Part shown: piece by piece, positions 20,158 through 29,756 of the stretch
Position numbering within the stretch: the stretch's first letter is position 1
Layout of the letters: each line of letters starts with the position of its first letter
From: Hoeflea sp.
Lineage (GTDB): Bacteria; Pseudomonadota; Alphaproteobacteria; Rhizobiales; Rhizobiaceae
NCBI RefSeq assembly: GCF_048261205.1
Contig: NZ_JBLXGF010000004.1
Direction: 5' to 3' (one strand)
Length of the DNA: 64,000 nt
Notes under the pieces: model-generated
The model's input: only the letters and a program-made list of their open reading frames with translations
The model's database searches: none
What the model was told of the DNA's origin: nothing
Program-made: the position numbers and the translations under genes

Positions 20158-21168
20158 TCAGTTGAACAGCGTCAACAATGTCTGGGCGTTGGAATTGGCG
20201 ATGGAAAGTGACTGCAGGCCCAGTTGCTGTTGCGTCTGCAGCGCCTTCAATCTGCTGGATTCCTCATTCATGTCAGCATCAACGAGACGGCCAACGCCGA
20301 TATCGATGCTTTGAGACAGGTCTTGCACAAAGTCTGACTGCATATCGACCCGCCACTTTACCGTGCCGTAGGTCGAGGCTTTTTCGATGGCGTATTGCAG
20401 CATGGCATCGATGACCACGATCATTTCGTCCAGCTCGGCATCCGTTGTTGAGCTGGTGAGCGCAATCTCGGTGACACTGGGATAACCGGCGACAGTTGGG
20501 CTCGGGCTCTTGAAAAGCACCCAGCCCGTCGAAAACCCGGCGTCCCACGCAAAATTCGGGCTGGTGGCGATCCCCAGATCGCCAATGTGTCCGGTCATGA
20601 AATCGAACATCGCCCAGGTGTCGGACGGCTCGGCGACCTGTGTCTCGTCGTAGTAGTCAAGCTTGATCGTCTGCACCGAAATCAGGCCGTCACTGCTGCG
20701 CGTAAACCCGCCAACGAGTTCCTTGTCGGCAACATTGTTGGCGGCATCTTCGGGCGTGGCGAGATAAAGCCAGTTCTCGCCGCTGAACGTGGCTGACTGG
20801 GCGATACTGACGAGCTGATTCTTGAACTCGTTGAATTCCTTCTGCACCTTGCCCCGGTCGACCCCGGGCTCGCGCGCAGTGACGAAGCGGGCCTTGATCT
20901 CGTCAAGTATGTCTACAGAGGCTTCCATGCCATTGAAGGCGACATCAACCTTGGCGGCACTCAGCGCAAGGGCGTCTTCGACCGCGGACAGCGCCTTGTT
21001 GTCCGAACGCATGGTGGTGGCGATCGACCAGTAGGCCGCGTTGTCCGCGGCGGTTTCGACCCGATATCCGGTGGCGACCCGGCTCTGCGTGGTCTGCAAG
21101 TTATTGTTGATACCGCGAAGCGTTTGAAGGGCTACGGTTGCACCTGTATTGGTGTGAATACTCGTCAT
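20158..21168 (-). CDS. Flagellin (orphan)
   Basis: N-terminus MTSIHTN...ADNAAYWSIATTMRSD and C-terminus LVDADMNEESSRLKALQTQQQLGLQSLSIAN, typical of rhizobial flagellins. Confidence 0.95.
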   Translation of the reverse strand: MTSIHTNTGATVALQTLRGINNNLQTTQSRVATGYRVETAADNAAYWSIATTMRSDNKALSAVEDALALSAAKVDVAFNGMEASVDILDEIKARFVTAREPGVDRGKVQKEFNEFKNQLVSIAQSATFSGENWLYLATPEDAANNVADKELVGGFTRSSDGLISVQTIKLDYYDETQVAEPSDTWAMFDFMTGHIGDLGIATSPNFAWDAGFSTGWVLFKSPSPTVAGYPSVTEIALTSSTTDAELDEMIVVIDAMLQYAIEKASTYGTVKWRVDMQSDFVQDLSQSIDIGVGRLVDADMNEESSRLKALQTQQQLGLQSLSIANSNAQTLLTLFN

Positions 21169-21278
21169 ACAGAACTCGGCTACAGTTAAAACAGACCGCA
21201 ATAGCCGTGTACGTCGAGAGGCGACGTCCCAGTTGTCATGACTGGCTTGTTCGGCTCCCTAAAATTAGGCCGGAAAGA

Positions 21279-21293
21279 TTATCGTATTGTTAA
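21279..21293. promoter_or_regulatory. CtrA-like box upstream of the flagellin
   Basis: TTAT-CGTATTG-TTAA, one mismatch. Confidence 0.5.
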
Positions 21294-21328
21294 GCCTGCT
21301 GTTGAAAAGCGAAACCGGATTTACCTTT

Positions 21329-21350
21329 TCGCAAGGGTAAACCCTTGCGA
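21329..21350. repeat. Perfect 10-bp inverted repeat in the divergent intergenic region
   Basis: TCGCAAGGGT-AA-ACCCTTGCGA. Confidence 0.85.
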
Positions 21351-21390
21351 TCAAACAGAGACCCGCATTCAAGTACAAACCGTGCGCCCG

Positions 21391-21406
21391 TTAGGGTCTT
21401 CTTAAC
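21391..21406 (+). promoter_or_regulatory. CtrA-like box upstream of the aspartic protease
   Basis: TTAG-GGTCTTC-TTAAC, one mismatch. Confidence 0.55.
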
Positions 21407-21498
21407 CAATCGGGCTGTTTTTGGTTCTGAATCAATGCCGTTTCATCCTGTGTTAGCCTTAAACCTGTTGAATAGCCGGGATTAGCAAGGGTGCCGGC

Positions 21499-22059
21499 AT
21501 GATTAAAAACATTTTCTTCGTTTCCTGCGCAGTGCTCGTGATTTCGGGTCTGCCCTACTATGCCCAGGACATTTCCGCCCTGGTCTCACAACAGGCTGAA
21601 CCGGAAACCGGGACCCAGGCCCCTTCTCCCCTCGCCGCCAAGGTGCAGAAGACTGCTTCCAAACCGACCGCGCATTATGCGACCGGGGTGCGTGCCGCAC
21701 TTGTTCCCATAACCCGGGAGGGGCATTATTCTGCTGACTTCCGCATCAACGGCCGCAGCGTCAAAGGGCTCATCGACACCGGGGCCACCTATGTGGCCAT
21801 CAACGCGTCAACAGCACGCCATCTTGGGCTCAATCTTTCGAGATCGGATTTCAAACATCAGGTACAGACGGCCAACGGCAAGACCGGTGCTGCGCTGGTC
21901 AATCTTGAGCGGATGGAAATCGGAGCCATTTCGGTCGGCAATGTCGAGGCATTCGTGCTTGAGGACAAGGCGCTTACCTCAACCCTGATCGGCATGAGCT
22001 TCATGTCGAAGCTGCAATCCTATCGGGTCAGAAACAGCACAATGGAACTCATCAACTAG
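21499..22059 (+). CDS. TIGR02281-type clan AA aspartic protease (PerP-like)
   Basis: N-terminal hydrophobic segment, GHY, LIDTGATYVAI catalytic motif, VQTANG, LIGMSFMSKL. Confidence 0.9.
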   Translation: MIKNIFFVSCAVLVISGLPYYAQDISALVSQQAEPETGTQAPSPLAAKVQKTASKPTAHYATGVRAALVPITREGHYSADFRINGRSVKGLIDTGATYVAINASTARHLGLNLSRSDFKHQVQTANGKTGAALVNLERMEIGAISVGNVEAFVLEDKALTSTLIGMSFMSKLQSYRVRNSTMELIN

Positions 22060-22080
22060 ACCTGTTCCCTTCGTTCCGCG

Positions 22081-23397
22081 CTATCCATGCCGACCCAGGA
22101 CGACAGGTGATATATCCGGCGCCGCATCGCCAATCCTTACCGCCAAGCGCAATTGCCGATCAGCAGCTACCAATTGATCGTCGGTCCTGGCGTGGATGAA
22201 GGCCAACGGCGTGTCTTTTTCGACGCGCATGCCGATGGGCGGCAATTTCGTCAATCCGACAGCATGATCAACAGGGTCGCCTGGCCGGGTGCGGCCTCCG
22301 CCAAGTTCGACAACACTCAATCCGATCGCGCGGGTATCGTAGCCGGTTACATACCCTTCCTGCCCGGCGAGGCAGGCCGAGACGAGCGGTGCCGTTTCCA
22401 GATGACGGTCCGGATCGGCAAGGAAATCCAGCGGGCCACCGAGGTCGGCCACCATCCTGTTGAACCGCTCGGCAGCGCTTCCATCGTCCAGCGCGGCGAG
22501 GGCGCGTGCGTTTGCGTCTTCCGCACTGGTTGCCAGACCGCCAGAGACCAGCATCTCGGCAGCGAGCGCGAGCGTGACCTCCAGCAACCGGCTGTCGCGG
22601 GCCTTGCCGGTCAGAAAATCCGCCGCATTCCTGACTTCGACTGCGTTGCCGGCAGCACTCGCCAGAGGCTGGTTCATGTCAGTCACAAGCGCGGTGGTCG
22701 GCATCCCTGCGCCAACCGCAACCTCGACCAGCGACCGCGCCAGTTCATTGGCCCTATCCAGATTGTCCATGAACGCGCCATTGCCGCATTTGACATCAAG
22801 CACCAGCACGCCAAGCCCGGCGGCCAGTTTTTTCGACAGAATCGAGGCGGTGATCAGCGGCACCGATTCAACCGTCGCGGTGACATCCCGGATTCCGTAG
22901 AAGCGTTTGTCAGCAGGCGCCAGATTTCCGGTCTGACCGATGATGGCGCAGCCCGCCGAGGCAACCACCTTGCGAAACAGCGCATTGTCCGGCATCGCCG
23001 TGTAGCCGGGGATCGATTCCATCTTGTCGAGTGTTCCGCCGGTGTGGCCAAGACCACGGCCGGAAATCATCGGCACCGCCAGTCCACAGGCTGCTGCAAT
23101 CGGCGCCAGCATCAAAGAGACGTTGTCACCGACACCGCCGGTCGAGTGCTTGTCGACCACCGGGCGGTCGAGATCCGGCCATTGCAGAACTTCGCCCGAA
23201 TCGCGCATCGACACGGTCAGGGCCACCGCCTCCCTGCGGCTCATGCCCTTGAAAAACACCGCCATGGCAAAAGCCGCGACCTGACCTTCACTGACGCTTT
23301 CATCGCCAAACCCGCGGATGAAGGCTGCAATGTCCGCGGGATCAAGTTCACCACCATCGCGCTTGGTACGGATGATCTCCTGCGGGAGGAAACTCAA
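22081..23397 (-). CDS. deoA: Thymidine phosphorylase
   Basis: DKHSTGGVGD, SGRGLGHTGGTLDK, RDVTATVES, SILSKKLA. Confidence 0.96.
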   Translation of the reverse strand: MSFLPQEIIRTKRDGGELDPADIAAFIRGFGDESVSEGQVAAFAMAVFFKGMSRREAVALTVSMRDSGEVLQWPDLDRPVVDKHSTGGVGDNVSLMLAPIAAACGLAVPMISGRGLGHTGGTLDKMESIPGYTAMPDNALFRKVVASAGCAIIGQTGNLAPADKRFYGIRDVTATVESVPLITASILSKKLAAGLGVLVLDVKCGNGAFMDNLDRANELARSLVEVAVGAGMPTTALVTDMNQPLASAAGNAVEVRNAADFLTGKARDSRLLEVTLALAAEMLVSGGLATSAEDANARALAALDDGSAAERFNRMVADLGGPLDFLADPDRHLETAPLVSACLAGQEGYVTGYDTRAIGLSVVELGGGRTRPGDPVDHAVGLTKLPPIGMRVEKDTPLAFIHARTDDQLVAADRQLRLAVRIGDAAPDISPVVLGRHG

Positions 23398-24182
23398 TAG
23401 GCTTCTCCCTGCCCTGTTGCCGTGGAACGCCCTTCAAGCGTAGCGAGAATGTCGCCAAGCAGGCCGGACGCGCCAAAGCGGAACGTTGCGGGCGACACCC
23501 AGCCAGAACCGAGGATGTCTTCACACAAGGCGAAATAGGCTCGCGCATCATCCACCGTGCGGATACCTCCGGCGGGTTTGAAGCCAACATTCCTGCCTGA
23601 CCGCTGGATGACCTCGAGCATGATCCGTGCTGCTTCAAGTGTGGCGTTGACTTCGACCTTGCCGGTCGATGTCTTGATGAAATCGGCCTGTTCTTCCAAA
23701 GCGATATCGGCCGCGCGTGAAATCAGCGCCGGGTCCTTCAGCTCGCCTGTCTCCAGGATGGTCTTGAGCGTGACTGGCGCAGGCGCCGCTACACGGACGG
23801 CGCGGATCATGTCGCGCACGGGCTGCTCATCACCGGCAATCAGCGCTTTCCAGGGGATGACCAGATCGATCTCGTCCGCCCCGTCGGCCACAGCGCGAAC
23901 GGTTTCAGCAACTACCTCTTCGACAGGCAAGTCACCGGACGGAAAGTTGACCACTGTGGCGATCCGCACCGGAGAGCTCTGCCCCAATCTGGCGCGCGCG
24001 GCTGCAACGAAGCGCGGCCAGATGCATACGGCCGCCACCGAACCGTAGTCATTCACAGCGCGATCGACCAGCGCAAGCGTGGCCTCTTGTGTCGCCGCGT
24101 CACCAAGTTCGGTCAGGTCGAGGCAGGAAAGCGCTGCCAGAGCAACTGCCTTGGGTGAGGTGAGATCGATTGGGTCAGCCAT
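23394..24182 (-). CDS. deoC: Deoxyribose-phosphate aldolase
   Basis: ATVVNFP, ADEIDLV, LKTILETG, FIKTSTGK, GFKPAGG, RFGASGLL. Confidence 0.95.
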   Translation of the reverse strand: MADPIDLTSPKAVALAALSCLDLTELGDAATQEATLALVDRAVNDYGSVAAVCIWPRFVAAARARLGQSSPVRIATVVNFPSGDLPVEEVVAETVRAVADGADEIDLVIPWKALIAGDEQPVRDMIRAVRVAAPAPVTLKTILETGELKDPALISRAADIALEEQADFIKTSTGKVEVNATLEAARIMLEVIQRSGRNVGFKPAGGIRTVDDARAYFALCEDILGSGWVSPATFRFGASGLLGDILATLEGRSTATGQGEAY

Positions 24183-24984
24183 GGGTCGGGTCCGGATTTT
24201 CAAACATTGCGGTCAGGATTGCCGAGAGGCGTTTGCCGCCAATCGGCGCCATGTCCTTGGTTTCCTGATGACTGAGCTCGCCGCCCGTCATCCCGGCGCC
24301 AAAATTGGTGATCACCGAAGCTGCAATCACGTTGATACCGAAAAATCTTGCCAGAATGACTTCGGGAACTGTCGACATGCCAACGGCATCCGCGCCCAGG
24401 GTTCGCGCCATGCGGATTTCTGCCGGCGTTTCGAAACTGGGGCCGGAAAACCACATATAGACACCTTCATGCAGTTCGGTTCCGGTGTTTTGCGCCGCCG
24501 CCTTCATACGCTCGCCAAGCCCAGCGTCATAGGCGCTGGTCATGCCGACAAAGCGGCCATCACTGGGCTCGCCAAACAGCGGATTGGTTCCGGAGAAATT
24601 GATGTGGTCGGAGATCCGCATCACCGATCCGGGCGGCATGTCCTGGCGCAGCGATCCGGAGGAGTTGGTGAGGATGAGATTGGTGACACCGATGCCCTTG
24701 AGCGCCTCAAGCGGCGCCCGCATGGCATCGGCCTTGCCCTCCTCGTAATAGTGCACGCGGCCAGACAGGATCACCACAGGGGTTTTTCCGATCAGCCCGG
24801 CAACCACCTCTCCGGCATGCCCGGATACGCCGCTTTCAGGAAATCCCGGCAGATCGCCATAGGGGATGCGGATCGGATCGGTGACCGTTTTGACCAGCGA
24901 CCCGAGACCGGAACCGAGCACCAATGCGTGGCGCGGCATCAGGCCACGCAGCCGTTCCGTCAGCACATCGACCGCCGTCGTCAT
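24175..24984 (-). CDS. punA: Purine nucleoside phosphorylase (trimeric PNP I type)
   Basis: VLGSGLG, GRVHYYE, GPSFETPAE, GADAVGMSTVPE, TNFGAG. Confidence 0.93.
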   Translation of the reverse strand: MTTAVDVLTERLRGLMPRHALVLGSGLGSLVKTVTDPIRIPYGDLPGFPESGVSGHAGEVVAGLIGKTPVVILSGRVHYYEEGKADAMRAPLEALKGIGVTNLILTNSSGSLRQDMPPGSVMRISDHINFSGTNPLFGEPSDGRFVGMTSAYDAGLGERMKAAAQNTGTELHEGVYMWFSGPSFETPAEIRMARTLGADAVGMSTVPEVILARFFGINVIAASVITNFGAGMTGGELSHQETKDMAPIGGKRLSAILTAMFENPDPTHG

Positions 24985-25373
24985 CCAATCACCTCGGTCT
25001 CGAAGGCATAAGGCAGCAGCTCGTCCATGCGCAGTGTCTTCTTGACACCTTCGGCGTCACACAGATGGATGAGGGTGTCGGCATCGGCGAATTCCGCCAG
25101 CCGCTGCCGGCATCCGCCGCAAGGCGGACACAGCTCGAGCTTTTCGGCAATCACCGCAACTTCGCGAATACGGGTTCCACCCGCCATGACCATGTGGCTG
25201 ATCGCGGTGGTTTCCGCACACCATCCTTCGGGGAAGGAAAGCACCTCGATATTGGCGCCCGAATGGATCTTGCCGTCATCGGCGCGGATGGCCGCACCGA
25301 CGGGGAACTTCGAGTAAGGCGCATGGCATTTGGCCATGGCATCCCGGGCAGCCTCAAACAGATCATGGGCCAT
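24981..25373 (-). CDS. cdd: Cytidine deaminase
   Basis: APYSKFPVGA, GANIE, CAE and PCGGCRQ zinc motifs; start set at MAHDLF. Confidence 0.95.
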   Translation of the reverse strand: MAHDLFEAARDAMAKCHAPYSKFPVGAAIRADDGKIHSGANIEVLSFPEGWCAETTAISHMVMAGGTRIREVAVIAEKLELCPPCGGCRQRLAEFADADTLIHLCDAEGVKKTLRMDELLPYAFETEVIG

Positions 25374-25374
25374 T

Positions 25375-26346
25375 TTATCGTTCCTTGACATAAGGCACAC
25401 CGCCCGCCCGCGGCGGGATGGCCTTGCCGATGAAACCTGCAAGCAGGATTACGGTGAGCAGATAGGGCAGTGCCTGCATGAACTGCACCGGCACAACCCC
25501 GATGATCGGCAGCTCGTTGCCCTGCATGCGGATCGACATGGCATCAAGAAAGCCGAACAGCAGGCAGGCGAACATGACGTTGACCGGCTTCCACTTGGCA
25601 AAGATCAGCGCCGCAAGCGCAATGAAGCCCTTGCCGGCGGTCATGCCCTTGACGAACCCGGCGGTCATGGCCATCGACAGATAGGCCCCGGCAATGCCGC
25701 AGAGAATGCCGCAGCAGATCACAGCCCGGTAGCGCAGCCAGGTCACCGAAATTCCGGCCGTATCAACCGCGCCGGGGTTTTCGCCAACGGCACGAAGCCT
25801 GAGCCCGAAACGGGTCCGGTAAAGCACCCACCAGGTGAACGGAATCAGCGCAAAGGCCAGATAGGTGAGCAGGAAATGACCTGACAGCAAATTGGAATAG
25901 ATCGATCCCAGAACCGGAATGTCAGCAATCTCGGCGGCAAAGGGAAGCTCGACAGTGGTAAAGCGGGAGTCGCCGCTCAGCTGTGGCGTCCGCCCCCCCT
26001 GCCGGAACCAGGCCTGGCCGAGAATGACCGTGGCGCCCAGTGCGATAAAATTGATGGCCACCCCCGAGACGATCTGATTGCCGCGCTGGGTGATGGAGGC
26101 AAAACCATGCACCAGCGCCAGACAGACCGACACCGCAATTGCCCCACACAGTCCGATAAGGGCCGACCCGGTGACCGCGGCAGCGGCACCGCCGGCAAAG
26201 GCCGCAGCCAGCATCTTGCCTTCGAGGCCAATGTCGAAAATGCCGGCACGTTCGGAGTAGAGACCGGCCAGAGCCGCCAGGATCAATGGCACGGACACAC
26301 GAATGGTGGATTGCAGAATAACGATGAGCGTGTCGAAATATTCCAT
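25375..26346 (-). CDS. Nucleoside ABC transporter permease
   Basis: SERAGIFDIGLEGKML, GLRLRAVGENP, GKGFIALAALIF; start set at MEYFD. Confidence 0.9.
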   Translation of the reverse strand: MEYFDTLIVILQSTIRVSVPLILAALAGLYSERAGIFDIGLEGKMLAAAFAGGAAAAVTGSALIGLCGAIAVSVCLALVHGFASITQRGNQIVSGVAINFIALGATVILGQAWFRQGGRTPQLSGDSRFTTVELPFAAEIADIPVLGSIYSNLLSGHFLLTYLAFALIPFTWWVLYRTRFGLRLRAVGENPGAVDTAGISVTWLRYRAVICCGILCGIAGAYLSMAMTAGFVKGMTAGKGFIALAALIFAKWKPVNVMFACLLFGFLDAMSIRMQGNELPIIGVVPVQFMQALPYLLTVILLAGFIGKAIPPRAGGVPYVKER

Positions 26347-26350
26347 GGCC

Positions 26351-27484
26351 TTACTCCGCCGCTGGCAAGGGTTTGTCGGAGCGTGCGCCGCCGAGAGTCG
26401 CAAAGAACGACGTGATTGCCGGGCGGAACATGTTTTCGAGGGCGCCGGCAAACAGAATCACCAAACCCTGAATGATGGTGATCATGTCACGCGAGATCTG
26501 CGGCATCTCAAACGAGATCTCCGCACCGCCCTGATAGAGCATTCCGAACAGGATAGCCGCCGGGACAATGCCCACCGGATGCGAGCGGCCCATCAGGGCG
26601 ACCGCAATCCCGACAAATCCGGCTCCACTGACAAAATCAAGCTGCATGCGGTGCTGATCGCCCATGATCGGGTTGAGCGCCATCATGCCGGCCAGCGCGC
26701 CCGACATCATCATGGTGATGATGATGATGCGGCTTTGCCGGATGCCGGCATAGGCTGCCGCCGAAGGGCTGTGCCCCATGGTGCGGATCTCGTAGCCAAG
26801 TTTGGTCCGCCAGATCACCACCCAGACAACAAAGGCCGCGACCAGCGCCAGCAGGAAGGACAGGTTGAATGGCGCACCGCCGATATCAAGGCCGACAGAG
26901 GCCAGCAGCCAGTCGAGCCGCGGCAGCTGCCCGGCATCGGCAAAGGCGCGGGTTTGCGGGGCCATTGAACCGGCGGGCTTGAGCACATCGACCAGCACAT
27001 AGACCATGAGGCTGGAGGCAATGAAATTGAACATGATGGTGGTGATCACCACGTGGCTGCCGCGCTTGGCCTGCAGCCATCCCGGTATCATCGCCCACAG
27101 GCCGCCGACCAGGGCGGAGCCAAGGATGGCAGCAGGAAAGACGATATACCAGGGGGCAAACTGATCGAGCCACAGACAGGGCAGCGCCACGCCGAGGCCT
27201 GCAACATAGGCCTGGCCTTCGCCGCCGATGTTGAACAGCCCGCAATGAAAGGCGACGGCGACGGCCAGCCCGGTGAAGATGAAATTGGTGGCATAGTACA
27301 ACGTAAAGCCGATGCCCTCGCCATAGCCGAAGGCGCCCTCGATCAACAGGCCTGCAGCGCGCAGCGGGCTCTCGCCGACCGCCAGCACCACGAGACCGGC
27401 GACCAGAAAGGCGACGATGAGATTGATCAACGGGATCAATCCGTAATCCACCCAGGCGGGCAGCTTTGCATAGGGCACACTCAT
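26351..27484 (-). CDS. Nucleoside ABC transporter permease
   Basis: GLFNIGGEGQ, GFVGIAVALMGRSHP. Confidence 0.9.
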   Translation of the reverse strand: MSVPYAKLPAWVDYGLIPLINLIVAFLVAGLVVLAVGESPLRAAGLLIEGAFGYGEGIGFTLYYATNFIFTGLAVAVAFHCGLFNIGGEGQAYVAGLGVALPCLWLDQFAPWYIVFPAAILGSALVGGLWAMIPGWLQAKRGSHVVITTIMFNFIASSLMVYVLVDVLKPAGSMAPQTRAFADAGQLPRLDWLLASVGLDIGGAPFNLSFLLALVAAFVVWVVIWRTKLGYEIRTMGHSPSAAAYAGIRQSRIIIITMMMSGALAGMMALNPIMGDQHRMQLDFVSGAGFVGIAVALMGRSHPVGIVPAAILFGMLYQGGAEISFEMPQISRDMITIIQGLVILFAGALENMFRPAITSFFATLGGARSDKPLPAAE

Positions 27485-29022
27485 TGTGCTGCCTCCTTGG
27501 AATCTTCGACACCGGCCATCAGCAGCCCAAGCTCACCTTCGCTGGCGTCAGGCGCCCGCTCGCCGACAATGCGGCCATCAAACATCACCAGTACCCGGTC
27601 CGAGAGGGAACGGATCTCGTCCAGCTCGACCGAAACCAGAAGAACAGCCTTGCCCGCATCGCGCATCTCGATGATGCGTTTGTGAATGAATTCAATAGCG
27701 CCGACATCGACGCCACGGGTCGGCTGCCCAATCACCAGAACTGCCGGATCGCGTTCCATTTCGCGCGCCAGCACAATCTTCTGCTGATTGCCGCCGGAGA
27801 AGTTCGCGGTTTTCAGCCGTGGATTTGGCGGGCGGATATCGTATTTTTCAATCTTGTCGGCCGCGTCCTTGCGGATCGCATCGATATTGAGAAACATGCC
27901 GTTGAGATATTTCGGATCATCGTGATAGCCGAGAATCGAGTTCTCGCTTTCGTCGAATTTCAGTACCAGTCCCATGTGCTGGCGATCTTCCGGGACATGG
28001 GCAAGACCGCGATGACGCAGCTCCGAGGGATCGGCCGTGCCGGTGACATGGATCGGTTCTCCCTGCAACAGAACCTTGCCGGAAACCGCACGGCGGATGC
28101 CGGAAATGGCCTGCAGCAATTCGGACTGGCCGTTGCCCGCGACGCCGGCGATGCCGACGATCTCCCCGGCCCGGACATTGAACGAGACATTCTTGACCAT
28201 GTCGACGCCGCGGCCATCGCGCACCGACAGGTTCTCGACCGACAACATGACGTCGCCGGGTGATGCCGGACCTTTGTCGACCCGCAGCAGCACATGGCGG
28301 CCGACCATGAGTTCGGCGAGTTCCTCCACCGAGGTTTCCGCTGTTGTCCGGGTTGCAACCATTTCGCCGCGGCGCATCACCGAGACTTCGTCGGTGACCG
28401 CCATGATCTCCCGCAGCTTGTGGGTGATCAGCAGGATGGTCTTGCCCTGGGATTTGAGCTGCTCGAGGATGCGAAACAGATGGTCGGCTTCTGCCGGGGT
28501 CAACACGCCGGTCGGCTCGTCGAGGATCAGGATCTCGGCGCCGCGATAAAGCGCCTTGAGGATTTCGACGCGCTGCTGCAGTCCGACCGGCAGCTCCTCG
28601 ATGACCGCGTCCGGATCCACATCAAGCTCATACTCCCGTTCGAGCCGCTTGAGTTCCTGGCGGGCCTTGGTGATGCCGGCGTTGAGAACCTGGCTCTCCT
28701 CGGCGCCCAGCATAACGTTTTCAAGCACGGTGAAATTCTCAACCAGCATGAAATGCTGGTGGACCATGCCGATTCCGGCGGCGATGGCGGCGTTCGGATC
28801 CCGGATCACGGTTTTCTTGCCATCGACGAAAATGTCGCCGGCACCGGCCTGGTAGAAACCGTACAGGATCGACATCAGCGTCGATTTTCCAGCGCCGTTC
28901 TCGCCGATAATTCCGTGAATGGTGCCCTTGCGAACACGCATGTTGATGTTCTTGTTCGCGTGAACGAGGCCGAACTTCTTGTCGATCCCCTTCAACTCAA
29001 TGGCAATGTCGTTCATGTCCAC
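27481..29022 (-). CDS. Nucleoside/sugar ABC transporter ATP-binding protein (two domains)
   Basis: GENGAGKST, LILDEPT, FSGGNQQK, QPTRGVDVG. Confidence 0.93.
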   Translation of the reverse strand: MDMNDIAIELKGIDKKFGLVHANKNINMRVRKGTIHGIIGENGAGKSTLMSILYGFYQAGAGDIFVDGKKTVIRDPNAAIAAGIGMVHQHFMLVENFTVLENVMLGAEESQVLNAGITKARQELKRLEREYELDVDPDAVIEELPVGLQQRVEILKALYRGAEILILDEPTGVLTPAEADHLFRILEQLKSQGKTILLITHKLREIMAVTDEVSVMRRGEMVATRTTAETSVEELAELMVGRHVLLRVDKGPASPGDVMLSVENLSVRDGRGVDMVKNVSFNVRAGEIVGIAGVAGNGQSELLQAISGIRRAVSGKVLLQGEPIHVTGTADPSELRHRGLAHVPEDRQHMGLVLKFDESENSILGYHDDPKYLNGMFLNIDAIRKDAADKIEKYDIRPPNPRLKTANFSGGNQQKIVLAREMERDPAVLVIGQPTRGVDVGAIEFIHKRIIEMRDAGKAVLLVSVELDEIRSLSDRVLVMFDGRIVGERAPDASEGELGLLMAGVEDSKEAAQ

Positions 29023-29321
29023 TCGTCTTTTTCTTGGTTCGCCACCACCATCTTGTCGCGGGCGCGGTTTTCGGTCCTAAACGTCACTCCGCAAACTCGA
29101 AACGTGGAGTTCATTTGTCCCTTTGAACATCGTCTGAGGCTTCTCGAAAATCGATACAAATTTTCGGGCCGATGCTTTAGTCTCGACAGTTCTGATTGCA
29201 AAGTCCAGAATCAAATAGGCGCGCAGTTTCGTGGTCCGCTGTTTTCAACATGGCCGTAGCGGTGATGCGGCCTTGGCCTGCACTCTTGCTCTCGCGCCCA
29301 TGACATGGTGAAAGCTGGCTT

Positions 29322-29756
29322 ATGACACGATCTCCACCGCCTCTGCGCACCGATTTCAAGGTCTTTAGCAGCCTGCAGACCCGCTGGGCCGACAATGATG
29401 TCTATGGCCACATGAACAATGTGGTTCATTATCAGCTGTTCGATACCACTATTAATCAATGGCTGATGGAGAAAGGACTGCTCGACCCGCTGGCTGGCGC
29501 AATAGTCGGACTGGTGGTTGAGACCGGATGCCGCTACCACGCCGAAGCGATGTTTCCGGACAGGATCACGGCAGGCGTCAGCGTCGCGCGGCTTGGCGGA
29601 TCATCGGTGACCTACGCCATCGGGCTGTTCCGCAATGACGAGGACACAGCTTTCGCGGACGGCAGATTTGTCCATGTCTATGTCGACCGCACCACGCGGC
29701 GGCCAGTTCAGCTGCCGGATTCATGGCGGGCGACACTTGGGGAGATCGCGCAATGA
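29322..29756 (+). CDS. Acyl-CoA thioesterase (4HBT/YbgC family)
   Basis: RWADNDVYGHMNNVVHY hotdog-fold motif. Confidence 0.9.
   Translation: MTRSPPPLRTDFKVFSSLQTRWADNDVYGHMNNVVHYQLFDTTINQWLMEKGLLDPLAGAIVGLVVETGCRYHAEAMFPDRITAGVSVARLGGSSVTYAIGLFRNDEDTAFADGRFVHVYVDRTTRRPVQLPDSWRATLGEIAQ

Noticed and set aside
29023-29321. Possible purine/nucleoside riboswitch upstream of the nucleoside ABC operon
   Set aside because: Only short inverted repeats (e.g. GAAAAT-N8-ATTTTC at 29146-29165) are present; no known aptamer was recognised.
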